NCBI GenBank assembly: GCA_030704615.1
Contig: CM060733.1
Span: 20,770,001 to 20,834,000 of the forward strand
DNA from: Takakia lepidozioides
Lineage: Eukaryota > Plantae > Bryophyta
Direction of reading: 5' to 3'
DNA length: 64,000 nt
Shown here: piece by piece, positions 23,154 through 35,443 of the stretch
How positions within the stretch are numbered: position 1 is the first letter of the stretch
Layout of the letters: each line of letters opens with the position of its first letter
The notes under the pieces: generated by a model
Told to the model about the DNA's origin: nothing
Seen by the model: the letters and a program-made list of their open reading frames with translations, nothing else
The model's database searches: none
Made by a program: the position numbers and the translations under genes

Positions 23154-25174
23154 ATGGCGGGCATGAATGAGGTATGGGCCTGCCATTCTGCCTCCCATTG
23201 TGCTTGAAATGCTGCTTCTAAGCTTCATGTATGTGAGATAAAAAGAAAGGGGAGAGATTTTCTGAAGTCTTAAAGAGCTCGTGCATGCGACAGTAATGCA
23301 GGTAACAAAAAAAATACTGTACTACGCGTTTCTGGTAGGACTCAAACGTAATTTTCTTAGTAGTAGGTTGCAGACTGTGAAAGCTAGACCTCAAAGTGGG
23401 GGGGGGAACCTGTGTTGGAAGTAGAATGGCTTTCGTATTGTAGATGATGCCAATTTTTGTGGCGAATTTCTGGAGATGGTCGCCAATCGCGTTGGGCGCA
23501 GCCTTCTACATGGAGAATAGGATACTGTGTGTTCCTTGAAACATTTTTGGGCAGGGCAGTGGTCTGTCTGCAAGGGCTAATTGCTCCTCCGTGACCTGGA
23601 CTCTGTGCGCCTTAGAAGCCCCAAATCTCACACCCCATGGATGCGGTGATGGCTTCAATTCTGCTCTGTCCTCTGCTGTCTGTCCAGAGTGGTGCAGACA
23701 TGCGACATTTGTACTAGTTCATGATCTCAGTCTCAGTATGGGGAGGGAGGGAATCGTGCAAGTGAACCTGGATCAGAACCGAACGAAATCCGCACTTCTT
23801 GCAAATGCTAACTTAGATATGGGCGAACTTTCTGTTGACAATGTGCTAAAATTTGAATCGCTTGATGTTCAGGTCTTCATGCCGATGGGCGAGTCCGCCT
23901 GGTTGATCAACAATCAGCTATTTGTCCCTGCGAAACATGAGAAGTTGCCGGTAAGGGACCTTGCGTTTACACTACTTCAAATAGAATCATGGAATTCATA
24001 GAAGCCGAGCTTCCTCCATTATCAATTTGTTGTAAGCAATTTCAGGCTATTAGTCCCCTGTTTCTAAGGGGTGGTTCTGTTGGTGCAATGATGTTGATCC
24101 CTGCCACTACAATGGGATCCCATCCTAGCATCTGATTCCTGTTTCGATAATGTCTATGTGTATAGGTGTTGTCTGTAGGTTCGGGCAAACAATTCTTCAC
24201 ATTTTCATTCTTTGTGTACTCTATGTTGTAGGGTTGTGTGATGATGACAGCCTTTTGAACAATCATTTCAAATTCCTTTTCATCTGATTGGACCAGTATG
24301 CAGTGTTCCTAACTTATCCAGCATGAATGGTTGATTGTGCAGCGACAAAAGCTAAAGGTCAAGATGTGTTGCAGCAAGTGTGAAGAGAAAGCGCGAGAAG
24401 AAATCAGAGAAGTGGAAGGTGAGTTAATTGAGCCCCCGAAACTTACTTCTAAATTTTGCAGTTCAATGGTGGGATTAGATCAAAAATCATGAGCATGTTG
24501 CTTACATACTGGTTTCTGCAATGGATAAGATGCATTCTTCGAACGAATCTAGTAGAGGCCGCACGGCAGTGAGCTGAATCTTTATGACCATAGGAGTAGA
24601 CAGCTCTCTTTATCTAAGGAAATAAGATTCTAGGGATGCTAAGTACCTGCCCGGAATCCTTTCTAGGCAAGCTTGCCTTCGAAATGTGCCAGGGCATAGA
24701 AGGTTGATCAAAAGTTTCTTGGGTTTTCAGATAGGTCATTTGGGTAGAGTGTCGTCCACATTTCGCACTATTTCGGTTGATTCTTTTGAGTAGGGTGCCA
24801 ACAAGGCTGCCTTCCCGGAACTGAATTTTTGTTCTCATGATGGGTGGTGACGCTTCTGTGCAGGGGTTCTCGATGTAATCACCGACATGGAGGAATCGAA
24901 GGTAACTGTTATTGGAAGGGCGGACCCTTTGAGCGTGCTGAAGAAGGCGAGGAAAGTGCACAGGAAAGCCCAATTCTGGACTGAGAAACCTGCTAAGAAA
25001 CATACTAAAGATGCACACGACTCATCTCAGAATTGGCACACCCACTACGTTCCAGGAGAATACAGACCTAGCCAGTCCTACCCTGCCCATTACTATCCCG
25101 ATTCTTCAAGCTCATCTTCCACTTCATTCAACTTCATCACAAATCCTAACTACCTGAAGCACATTAAGTACTAA
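23154..25174 (+). CDS. Heavy-metal-associated (HMA) domain protein, 160 aa; exons 23154-23171, 23873-23950, 24343-24418, 24864-25174
   Basis: MAGMNE|VFMPMGESAW...EKLP|RQKLKVKMCCSKCEEKAREEIREVEG|VLDVITDMEESKVTVIGRADPLSVLKKARKVHRKAQFW...FITNPNYLKHIKY*. GT-AG introns; the 76-bp third exon matches the paralog. Confidence 0.88.
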
Positions 25175-26392
25175 TCTTAGGGTGTGCACAATGTCTACTG
25201 TAATAGATTTCGATACTTGTAGCGCAGTGGAACGCTTTCCCTTTCCAGTGATCTTGCTGGATACTGCATGTGTTTGGTCATGAAATTCTCTTCATGTCGA
25301 CACCATAGACCTCAGCCACAATTCATATCGAGCCACATTAGTTTTAGTGCATAGGAATCTAAAGTAGGTGGCTTCAAAACGAATCTTAGTACCTAGAGTT
25401 CAGGCTCTTAGCAGAGCGAAGATGATGATGATAACAGTCTCTAGTGATCTTCATTTGTACTATATGCAGAACTAGATTTGTGAAGATCTGGGAGGCCAAT
25501 GTGCCTTGTAAAAAACATTCTTAATATCAACTAGTGTTTGTGAGCTTTTTATATGTCACTCAGCCTCCACTCAGCAAAAGAGCCTGACTTCACATCTGTG
25601 TATTCGAAAAGCTATGATTTTGTGATTGTGTTGCATCTCAGCAGCACGGGAAGAAAGAATGCTATATCAAGAGAATTTGGACATGTATACCATGACACCG
25701 GAAATAGAGAAAGAATTGCCACTGAGGCTTGGTATCTACTTGTTGCTCAAATTAAAATTGCTGAGCAGTGAATCTACTAACATAGATCCTTGAGCACTCA
25801 CCTTATCTAGGTCCAAATGTGCTGTTTTGAGAGTTAGATGCTATGAATCCAAGCCTCACGGTGGGCCATTGGAGGAGACCAACCCAATAGTCAGCGACGT
25901 GCCTCAAATGAAAAATCTACTTAACAGGACATGTAAGTTGTCTGAATTCAAAAACTTTTCTATTTGTGAAAGAACCAATTTTTCCATACTTTGTTTCAAC
26001 TTATATTTAACATATCCGATTGTTCAAGCGTTACCGGCTCTTCGGATTATCCGTCACGGTCCCATGTGTTTGGGCCTTATGCTGGCCTTGGGGCCTGTAA
26101 GGGTTTTAATTTTTGACCCTTCAATAATCATAATAAAGCTCTCAAGGGCTTCCTCCCCTTTTCCTAAGAAAAAACAGAAAAAAAACAAAAGAAAAACAAA
26201 TTGTCGCCCAAGAAACCTAGACATGGTGGTCAACTCAACTCAACTCAACTCAACTCAACAACTTGACAGTTAAGTCTTCTGTCTTTCTTACCCTTACTGC
26301 CCCTTAAGTTGCGGTATCCATCGTTATAGGGTGCCCCCCGTAGTAGCCACAAGGTGAAGTGGCTCTAAGTTACTTCAACCTCTCTTGAGCAA

Positions 26393-26450
26393 GTAGCCTA
26401 GTGGTTGGGTGTTTGTGCCTTGCCTGGGTAATCCTGGGTTCAATCCTTCA
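26393..26450 (+). mobile_element. tRNA-derived SINE-like head (degenerate)
   Basis: A-box-like TAGCCTAGTGG and B-box-like GGTTCAATCC; no intact cloverleaf. Confidence 0.35.
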
Positions 26451-27264
26451 ACATGTGCGTCCATTGGGCCCTCAATGGCCTGTGTGTTGAGCAGTAGGCT
26501 CTGTAAATTCATTGGGAGTTAAAGAAAGAAACGTTATCTTTTTTATCTCCCTAAATGAAAACTAAGGCAATTTGGCGTGGTTGTTTGTCGGATAGCTCTC
26601 CTTCTGTAGGTGCACACGGCCCACTCCCATATGGGGAGTAGCCGCAATGTGAAGTGGCTCTTAGTTATGCCGACTTTTTGCCGGAGTCATCTCTCTCTCT
26701 AGTTGCACACGAATTAGTGTATTCTTGGTTTATATGGAACAAAATGCCTTGGATTTTTTTTAATCTCACAAATTACTACCTAATTTGGTTTGGAGTACCA
26801 TAGTCAAATAAGACCGAGTCATCATCCCAAAGTTGCAAGCCAAGATAATGTAACAATAAAAAAACATTGTGAGTGTGCATAGGGATGTGGCTAGGCTAGG
26901 TTTGCCAAGCCCAAGGTTCTTGGTAGGTTTAATTGGATATCATGCATATGAAGGCTTTAAAGCTTAATATAATGTTTAGAACTGATAGTAATGTTTACAT
27001 CAATTATTTAAAAGCAACTTTAAAAAAAACGTAAGAACTTAATTCAAGTGTTGGCACTCCGGATAATTTTGCTATCGCCGGAGTAACTAAGAGCAATTTG
27101 TGTAGAGACAAGTAGTTTGTTGATAAAAGCTATGAGGCATAGGATTCTTTTTGGTGAATTATTATGTCACCCCTGCCCTTGCCACCCCTATGAGTGTTTG
27201 TCTGCCTGTTCCAATATCACTTCTTTGATTTTTTTATACTTCCTCTAATTTCATTACATGGATT

Positions 27265-27740
27265 GTCGTAGACTAGAGTGGATAAAAAATGGCAAATCAC
27301 GAGTCCTTAGTGTGTACATAAATTGCCAAAATAATTAAATTAAAAATTCAATAGTTGGATTGACACATTTAAGTTGATCTAGACCCTCTATTACCGACAG
27401 TTTCTAAGTGTTTTCAAGTAACAGGTTTCATATGAAGCCAAACATTATTTTTTCCATTAAACTTCTATCCACCCTTCATCTAACATAGACTAACGTGTTT
27501 AATGAAGGTAAATTTATTATTTAAAGTAATTTTATTCGTAAAAAATTTACAAAAATAGCTGTTTTGGAGACTCAAAATAGTACATCAATTTTGTTTACTT
27601 AAAATCTTCTTGATTGAATGTTTTCATTTTAGATTCTTCATTTGGGCAAGTCCCTTTTTCTAATGTTGTTATGAATATTGTGTAGAAAGATCCATAATGC
27701 CCTTTTTGTTGGACTTCTAAAAGGTCCATAACCTATAATA
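27265..27740. mobile_element. AT-rich non-autonomous DNA transposon fragment, inverted homolog of 31050-31545
   Basis: CAAAAATAGCTGTTTTGGAGACTCAAAATAGTACAT vs ATGTACTATTTTGAGCCTTCAAAATAACTATTTTTG; CATTTGGGCAAGTC vs GACTTGCCCAAATG. Confidence 0.6.
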
Positions 27741-30700
27741 GAGACTGTGTTTTTTTGTAATGAGACTTCCCTTTGCAAGTACTTTCCCCTTTCTCAAGTG
27801 GACCCAACTAAACTACAACTTGACTACTTGTGTATTAAAGACGAATAATTTTTAGAGATCTAATTGATATAAGACCTAGGGACTTACGAAGAAATGTTGC
27901 AATAGAGTTGGAAGGTGAAAAATATTCTTTAGGATATCAAAGCTGGAATTATGGACTCCTCCCCCAGCAACTACAATAATAATAGTGATTGGAATGGTAA
28001 TATTCCCACCACGCTGTTGGATAGCAAAAATCAATGATGTGCATTTTCACGGTTATTGTGTAAAGCTTGGTCAGAGAATTGATCATGACATGCAATAGGT
28101 AAATTCAATGGTATGAATTATAAGAGAATGATACGGGCCATCCGGTGGGGGTGAGGATAATAGGAGATTATGTACCAATAGTATGTCCGGGCATAGGCGT
28201 GCTACACGCCGACATGGGTTGGAGTCTGGACGGACATATACAAGACACAATCCATGGCGGTTCTATGTGGTCGGGACGGGTCATCCTAGATAGATACCGC
28301 CATTAATAAGATAAAACCATCTTGAGGTAGGATATGATAGCTGTAGAAGTTTGTGCAATGTCAAACTCCTTGGTTATCATTTGAAGACCATGCAAATGGG
28401 ACGAGAGCAATGAGGGAGGAGATGGGGTCATGTGCCAATTTGCAGAGTCGGAGGTTGGGCATGGTACACAGTACAATGTTTGCTAAGGTAGAAGTGCGGC
28501 GCTAGTTGCCCATGTATTGACCGTGTCAGAATTGCAAAACTTGTTTGGTTGAGCGTGAGTGATAGACTCAATTAAGATGTCCCAACATGGTTGGATAAAA
28601 TAACCGCGAAAAAAAACCATACTAACGTGTTTTATATCTTGCAATCGATCGATGATAACACGCATGATGAGTCACTAGTGGCAAGTCTAAACTAATTAGA
28701 CAACGGGTTGTTTGAGTATTAAGTGATAGCCATTGGAAGGCGAATTCCCTAAAATCATCCAGTGAGCCGTGACATGTAGTGAAACAATAGCGAAGTCAAA
28801 AAGGTCCAGCAAATAATCAAGCCCAACATTCCACAAGATAATGTGCCAACATCCAAAGGTCTAGATCATACGAATTAGGGTCGAATATTGAGCACTTGCC
28901 AGTTAAGAGATTAGAAAGCAATGAACCTATAGATTCAATTAAAAAAAGCTGCAGAAATAGGAGAAAACAAAACTTCATTTCTTAACCAAAAAGCCAATTG
29001 TTTGGTTATAGAAGATTGTACAAAGAGAATTAGGGGTCTTGCAGATTATGGCCCATAAGCCAGAGAGAAAATAACTTAGAGACATCCAGATCCATCAACT
29101 GAACCAAAGAGCCACTTGTACCCCAAATAGAGACTCTATGAAGAGAGACATGAGTCTCGTGATCCGTAAGTCAAATAGAATTGAACTAGCATAGATCTTC
29201 ATTTTGAATGTTTGCGTCCGAATTTCTCGAAATTGGTTTGGTATTGCTTGACCTTCACATCTTCTACTTTTGCTACATCAATCTCGATAAAAGTGTGATG
29301 TTTCTATTTGTCATGGAAACCAATTGATGTTAATGAAATTGTTGTACATCATTATTCTTAGTTGCAAAATCATATATTGGCATTCATGTTAACTCTCGAA
29401 AAGCGCGCCCCCCCCCCCCCCCCCCAAAAAAAAAAAGACGTTAGGGCAATTATCTTATGGCATATTCACAAAACTAGATGATCTCTCATCTTTGAAAAAA
29501 ATCTCATCAACAACACCTCTCCGACTCTGAGGATTTTTCTAATCTAGTAATCTACTAACAAAGAGGAGAAAAATGTGGGTTGTGATTTTGGACTCACTAT
29601 CTAGATGCTCTTTACCCAAATGGTGCGTCTATTTGGCGCAATTCGACGACCCTATACTAGAGGAAGAATCATCTATAATCAAACTTCAGATTCATACACT
29701 GTCTGGCTCGACGATCGACGACCCCCCCAATGTTTGAGCCTTTCTTAACCTTTGGCCCTCCTCCGCTGGATGGGGACAAGGTTGACATAAATTGGAAGCA
29801 TAAAAAGAACATAAAACTGGATTATCGATGAAGTACAATTGCCCAAACCTCCTCGAAAGTCCATAGATACTTACACGTTGTGTATCTAGTCAACCTGACA
29901 ACCGGCTTTATATAGAGGCAATTGTTAGACAAAAAGGTCTCTTAATTACACTAAGTATGGCCAATGTCTTCCCTCTTACTATTTTTCTACAACTTTGTAT
30001 TGGCTAGAATGGGTGAATGCATCCAATATATTGAAAATATGTGACTTTGAATGATGTGATGAATTTGTGCTTGGTTGAGATATGGTGTTCCTCAACCGTG
30101 TCCACATGAATTATGGGGAAAATATAGCTTGGAATAAGCATGCAACGCAAATGCAGACAGAGGTACCTCGAGAGGCTCAACTATACTTGTAGAATATGAG
30201 CGTGGTGTGTACAGAAATAGTCTCACATCCCCTGTACACCAATATAGAACACCAGGTTGTACATATTTGTCATTGGATCCCCTTTACTCAAGTTGGCAAG
30301 CAACTAATTATACCCCCAACTCAAGCTTATAATCAACAGGTATCTGGAGAAGATAGGTCAGACAAATTTCTTTAAATCCAGCCCCTTCATTCTGCGGTCA
30401 TGATGTGGCCAAAGCTATCATGGTAATTAGCTACACCTGTATGCATTAACATACCCGTATCGGTATGCCGCAGTCAGTACTTAATATAGGGATAGGCTCT
30501 TGTCAGGTTTTGATGAAAAAAAAGACAATCTAGCAAGGAGGAATATGGTCATCACATATGTGATGACTCCCCCCCCCTCCTTCAAAATCCGAGCTCCCCG
30601 AGATATATAATTATCCACTACCCTACTAGGCATGATATCCTCCACATGTTGGATTAAAAACCTCTTTAGGGAAAACTCGGCACCTACAAGGTGGGCCCAC

Positions 30701-30863
30701 CTACAAAATCCCAAAGGAGGAAAACCATGCATGGGAGTACATGTGATACCTTGTTCTACCTTTAGAATACGAAGTCTAAGCTAAGAATTCTAAAACTGCA
30801 AAGGAAGATAAAAACTAACTAGCTTCTAGTATTGCAGCAACGTCATTGCCCTTGAGAGAAAGA

Positions 30864-31545
30864 GGGCAGTTGCCACCTACGGTGGACCAAAAATGCTGTC
30901 ACAACACTTTTTTTTTTACCTTGATTAATTGTAAATTATCATACTCCTAAATGGCAATGCTGATAGTAAAAATGGCTAAGCTATGAAGGCTCAACTACAA
31001 TATATTTCCCCTATTCCAAGTCTCATAACCAAAAAACCAAATGGTTAGAAATTATGGACTTTTGAACAAGTCCATATGGATTTGTTATAGTCCATATAAA
31101 ACGCCGTTATGGACTTTTTTTTAAAGCATGATTCATAGAAAATTAGAAATAGTGACTTGCCCAAATGTGCTTTGAGGGATAAAGGATCTAGAATGAAAAC
31201 ATCCACTCAAAAATTATAAGTAAAAATGTACTATTTTGAGCCTTCAAAATAACTATTTTTGTAAAGTCCTTTACATACATAATTCTTTGAAATATCAACA
31301 CTACCTCATTAAATACATAGACCAAGGGTAGATCCCTGGAGTGGATCAAGGTCAAATTTGAAAAAAAACTATCGTGAGCTGAAACTATTGCAACTTGAAA
31401 ATAAAGTCTTTAATGGTCAATATTAGACGGTTGAGATCGTAAATTGAAGCAAATCCAATGGTTGAGGATTCGCCACATCCCCTTTATGTACTTTTAAGGA
31501 TTCATGGTGTGTCTCATTTTGGTCCATCGTAGGCTGCAACTACCC
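30864..31545. mobile_element. MITE with ~30-bp imperfect TIRs
   Basis: Left GGGCAGTTGCCACCTACGGTGGACCAAAA; right TTTTGGTCCATCGTAGGCTGCAACTACCC. Confidence 0.7.
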
Positions 31546-31901
31546 AAGAGCCACTGAAAGCCCCTCTACGTTAATACAAGTGAGACCTCAAAAACGAGTT
31601 ATGAATGAACTAGGTCCGTTAGATATATATGGTCATCGTATGAAGGCATTTGAAATACCTGTGGTAAGTTCTGCTCGTTCTATCACTTAGTATTTCTATA
31701 CATTTCCATATTTTTGGAGTTATGTTTAATTTCTGTCCGAGGACTATATATATATACAATACAAAAAATCAAAAATTATGAAGCTATTTTTGCCAACAAA
31801 TATTATATATTGTGTAATGAAATGTCATCAAAATATCTTCATTAATATTTCCTTCTACGAAATTGGAAGATATTTATTTGTCATCAAATCCACACAAGCA
31901 C

Positions 31902-32506
31902 GCTTCTCATTGTTGAATAATTGGGAGTTTAAGGCTAACGTGTGCGCCAGGCCGGGCCCATGCACGGATGGCGGCGCCCTTGGGTGGCCCTGCCGCGATC
32001 CATGACCCGGCCCGGATGGGTCTGCCGCGAGGATGGGTCCGTAGGCCCTGACCCTAGACGGCATTAGGGCTGACTGCGGCTGTTTTCTCTAGCTTAACAG
32101 ATAAAAAAAAATATTAGGGTATAACAAGCAGTGGGTAGTATGGTGGTTGGGTGCATTGAGTGGTATCGAGGAGGTTGTGGGTTCAACTTTGGTTATGCCA
32201 AACGTGTATTAATGATGGTTTCGGCTGGTGCTACACATGTATGAATGACCCTTTTTTATACGTGTGTATGAATGACCTTTTTTTTTATGGGCGAGTTTTC
32301 CCGCAAATTTTTTTAAGTCCCATGGGCGGGCTGCGGCGCGACGATGAGCGGACCATTCAATTGGACCCAAGATCCGCAACCCGACCCGACCTGCTAGCAG
32401 ACCCAGACCCGTCGGGTGGTCGCGGGGGCACCTGACATCCGTGCATGGGCCCGCTGCCTGGCGCACACATGAGCCTTAAACTCCCAATTATTCAAAAATG
32501 AGAGGC
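31902..32506. mobile_element. Mutator-type MITE with long TIRs and a 9-bp TSD
   Basis: TIRs of more than 60 bp (GCTTCTCATTGTTGAATAATTGGGAGTTTAAGGCT.../...AGCCTTAAACTCCCAATTATTCAAAAATGAGAGGC). Flanks CACAAGCAC and CATAAGCAC match at 8/9. A related terminus lies at ~19808. Confidence 0.85.
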
Positions 32507-33047
32507 CATAAGCACACCATTACATAAAAATGCTATCAGTTGTGAAGATAGTTGTGATTATCATTGTCAAGATCATGAATGGAATCTGAAATAATAGAAC
32601 AACCTGAGATGGAACTTTTTTACGTAGGCCAATTCTCCTATGCATTTGAATGAACAAGATCCTTAATAATGTGCCCAATTTGTTACTCACACTTAGTTTC
32701 TCAATTGTATGGATTTAGATGCCCACTCTCCAAGCTATTGAAATGCACTTAGCAATAATTCTCACATTCCAAAAGTATTCTAGCCATGAAAATTTAAAAC
32801 ATGCAATAACCCTAAATACATTGACAAATTATATTTCGGTATCGTAATACTTCGCATCGCCGACATAACTAAGAACTTGATTGACACGGCATCTCCATTT
32901 ATATATCCAAAATTCTTTCAATGACACACATATTTCTTCTTAATTATGTACTTCTTGGTGCAAAGATGTCTTTATGAAACTTGTCTTTCAATGAAAGACC
33001 CCATAAGGTTCTTCTTGGTGTTTTTTTAGAAGGAACTCTATAGACGA

Positions 33048-34121
33048 TTGTGGAGGGGAGTTGAGTTGGTGGTGCAGCACCACAGCGTCACAGACAAGGA
33101 AATTGGGAGCATAATGAGGTGCTTGCTCTCATCAAATGTAAACATGATGAGCATGTGGCACAGAAGACGTTGGTGGATCCCCGAGCACATATGGTGCTTG
33201 CTGCAATCAAGTGGACCAGAATTTCGGAAGAGCTCCAGAAGGTTATGAAAGCCAAGATTCCTCGAAATGGGAAGATGTGCAAAGAGAAATGGAATGGTCA
33301 TAAATCAGATTACAAGAAGGTTTCAAACTATCAAAAAAGAACCGGCCATAATACATTGTGTTGGGAGTTGACCCGGCCTTGATGAGCGCGATAAGTATCA
33401 CCTGCCTCACCAATTCAATAGAGACTACTATGACGCGATTAAAGCATTCCAGGGGGAATGCATAATTAATGCACCTATTCATGTGAGGGATCTGAATGCC
33501 CCTGGGGATGGAAACTATGTTGCACCCACGCCAGAAATTGAGATACAAGAGGAACAAGAGGAATCAACAACATAACCCTGTTCACATATGGCAGGTTTTC
33601 TTGGCCAAGACTTCATACCAGAAGCACAAGGTGCAGTTCTAGAACGGGAACATGGTAACCCAGTACGTATAAACATTGTCAACCTCGACGATTACTCTGA
33701 GAGAATTCAGCGAGCTTTTCCTAATGTGGCCAATTTGTCGGATGTTCACAATCAGGCTGTGCCTGCACCATCAATCGGCCAGCCAACAACCTCTGGTAGT
33801 ACCAGCGTTAAGCGCAAGCGCACAAGCATATTCTCACCAGTAATCGAAGCTAATGACAAAGGGAACAAAGTAATTGTAGAGGCAATGGATCGCATAAACC
33901 TAACGCAGCTGGAAATTGAGGAGCGGCGTAGTAAGGTTCAGGAACATACTGCAAAGGATCAGCTAGTGTACCTCAAGCAAAGAGACAAGAAACTTCGGAA
34001 AAAAAGCAAAGAAATGGTGACTGTGCTATCTAATTCGAGCATGGCAATGTGCCACGCATTCATACAGGATAAGCGACTAATGCCTCCCCCCCATGAACAT
34101 TCAAGACTCATCAGACGATGA
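33048..34121 (+). pseudogene. PIF/Harbinger Myb/SANT-like (trihelix) DNA-binding ORF, disrupted
   Basis: KWTRISEELQKV...RNGKMCKEKWNGHKSDYKKVSNYQK...CWELT trihelix motif followed by a coiled-coil C-terminus; convergent with the nuclease. Confidence 0.8.
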
Positions 34122-34430
34122 AGTTCCAGAAGTGCCAACAACTCAAGATGATCACCAGGATATCTAAAGATCCAGTAGCTTGATTGAATTACTCATCTGA
34201 ATGATGACATTCTATAGATTGATATGGTAGCTTGAGTGAATGACAATTTAGTTGATGTTGTACAGATTGATACAGTAGCTTGATTGAAATCAGCTAAGTT
34301 TTTGGTACAAATTTTGGTCCATAGAGACAAAACAATATAGTCTAAAGCCATTTTATGTCTTCTATGTCAATGAACTCCATTCAAATTGACATTGAATTGA
34401 CAAATCCATTCTGCATGTTCGGCCTGTTCA

Positions 34431-35088
34431 CTATCCTCTACGTGGTCTGTTACCAAGATACTGCTCTAAAGCTACACGTTGCTCCAATCCAGAAATCTCT
34501 ACACCTTGTAATTGCGGTTCAGCTTCATAGTCCATTGCATTATCTCCTGGAATCCATTGTTCATTGTTCGCAACCTCTCTTCGACCAGGATTGCCATTCG
34601 GCACACGATTGATATTGTTTTCTAGTTGTAATTGAATCATTAAGATTTCAATGTCAGCAGCCTTTCCTCCTAGGATCATGTTATACAAGATACAACAACA
34701 GATGACTACATCAGGTAGAAATAGAACGTGCATTTGGTCTTCATGAGCAATTCCCTGAAGCTCTTCTTTAAGATGTCGAATGAATTCTCCACTACGTTGC
34801 GACCTCGACAGAGGTGTTTATTATAAAGTGCTTCCAAAACAGTGTGGCGAATATTTACCCCTTGTTTGTGTGGAGTCATTACCCACGATAACAAATGATA
34901 CCCTTTGTCAGCGAGTAAATAGGGTTTGATTCTTTCGGCACCATGGTCCTGATGAAATAGATTTTCATGGACAGCTCTATGAATAAGCTCGAGAGTCTGA
35001 GTATGCGTGAATCATTCATGGATCCAGGCATCCCAATGAAGACATCCCTGAACTTTTTCTGATGGTCGACAACTGCTTGTAACTGAAT
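34431..35088 (-). pseudogene. PIF/Harbinger DDE nuclease (HARBI1-like), 5'-truncated and frameshifted
   Basis: IQLQAVVDHQKKFRDVFIGMPGSMNDSRILRLSSL; YLLADKGY; YNKHLCRGRNVVENSFDILK; VVICCCILYNM. Confidence 0.88.
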
Positions 35089-35232
35089 CACAACAAACTC
35101 AGGCCTAAGAGAGAGAAGGACTGAAACACAACAAGGAATTTCCACCAAACTTATCTGAATTCTCACGAAGCGATAGATCCACCACACATACTAACACACG
35201 AGTAAATCAACCAGGGGTAGAAACATGCTAGA

Positions 35233-35443
35233 GTGACTCACTTTGCAAAATTTATGTCCAGTCTAAACTAGTCTACTTTCATTCATATCTTTTTTCATAG
35301 GAACTTCAAATTAGGTGTTGCAATTTATTTTTGTTGTCAACTCAATTTGAGATCACCCAAAAATTGGTTTCCAAACAAAGCTGTTGTGTTCTGAAGATGA
35401 AAAATGAGAGTAGATTAGAGTAGACTGGACAAAAGTGAGCCAC
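35233..35443. mobile_element. Small foldback/MITE-like element
   Basis: GTGACTCACTTT...GTCCAGTCTAAACTAGTCTACTTTCATT inverted against AATGAGAGTAGATTAGAGTAGACTGGACAAAAGTGAGCCAC. Confidence 0.6.

Noticed and set aside
28000-30800. L1 zf-RVT and copia LTR remnants
   Set aside because: Only faint motif resemblance; too decayed to set boundaries.
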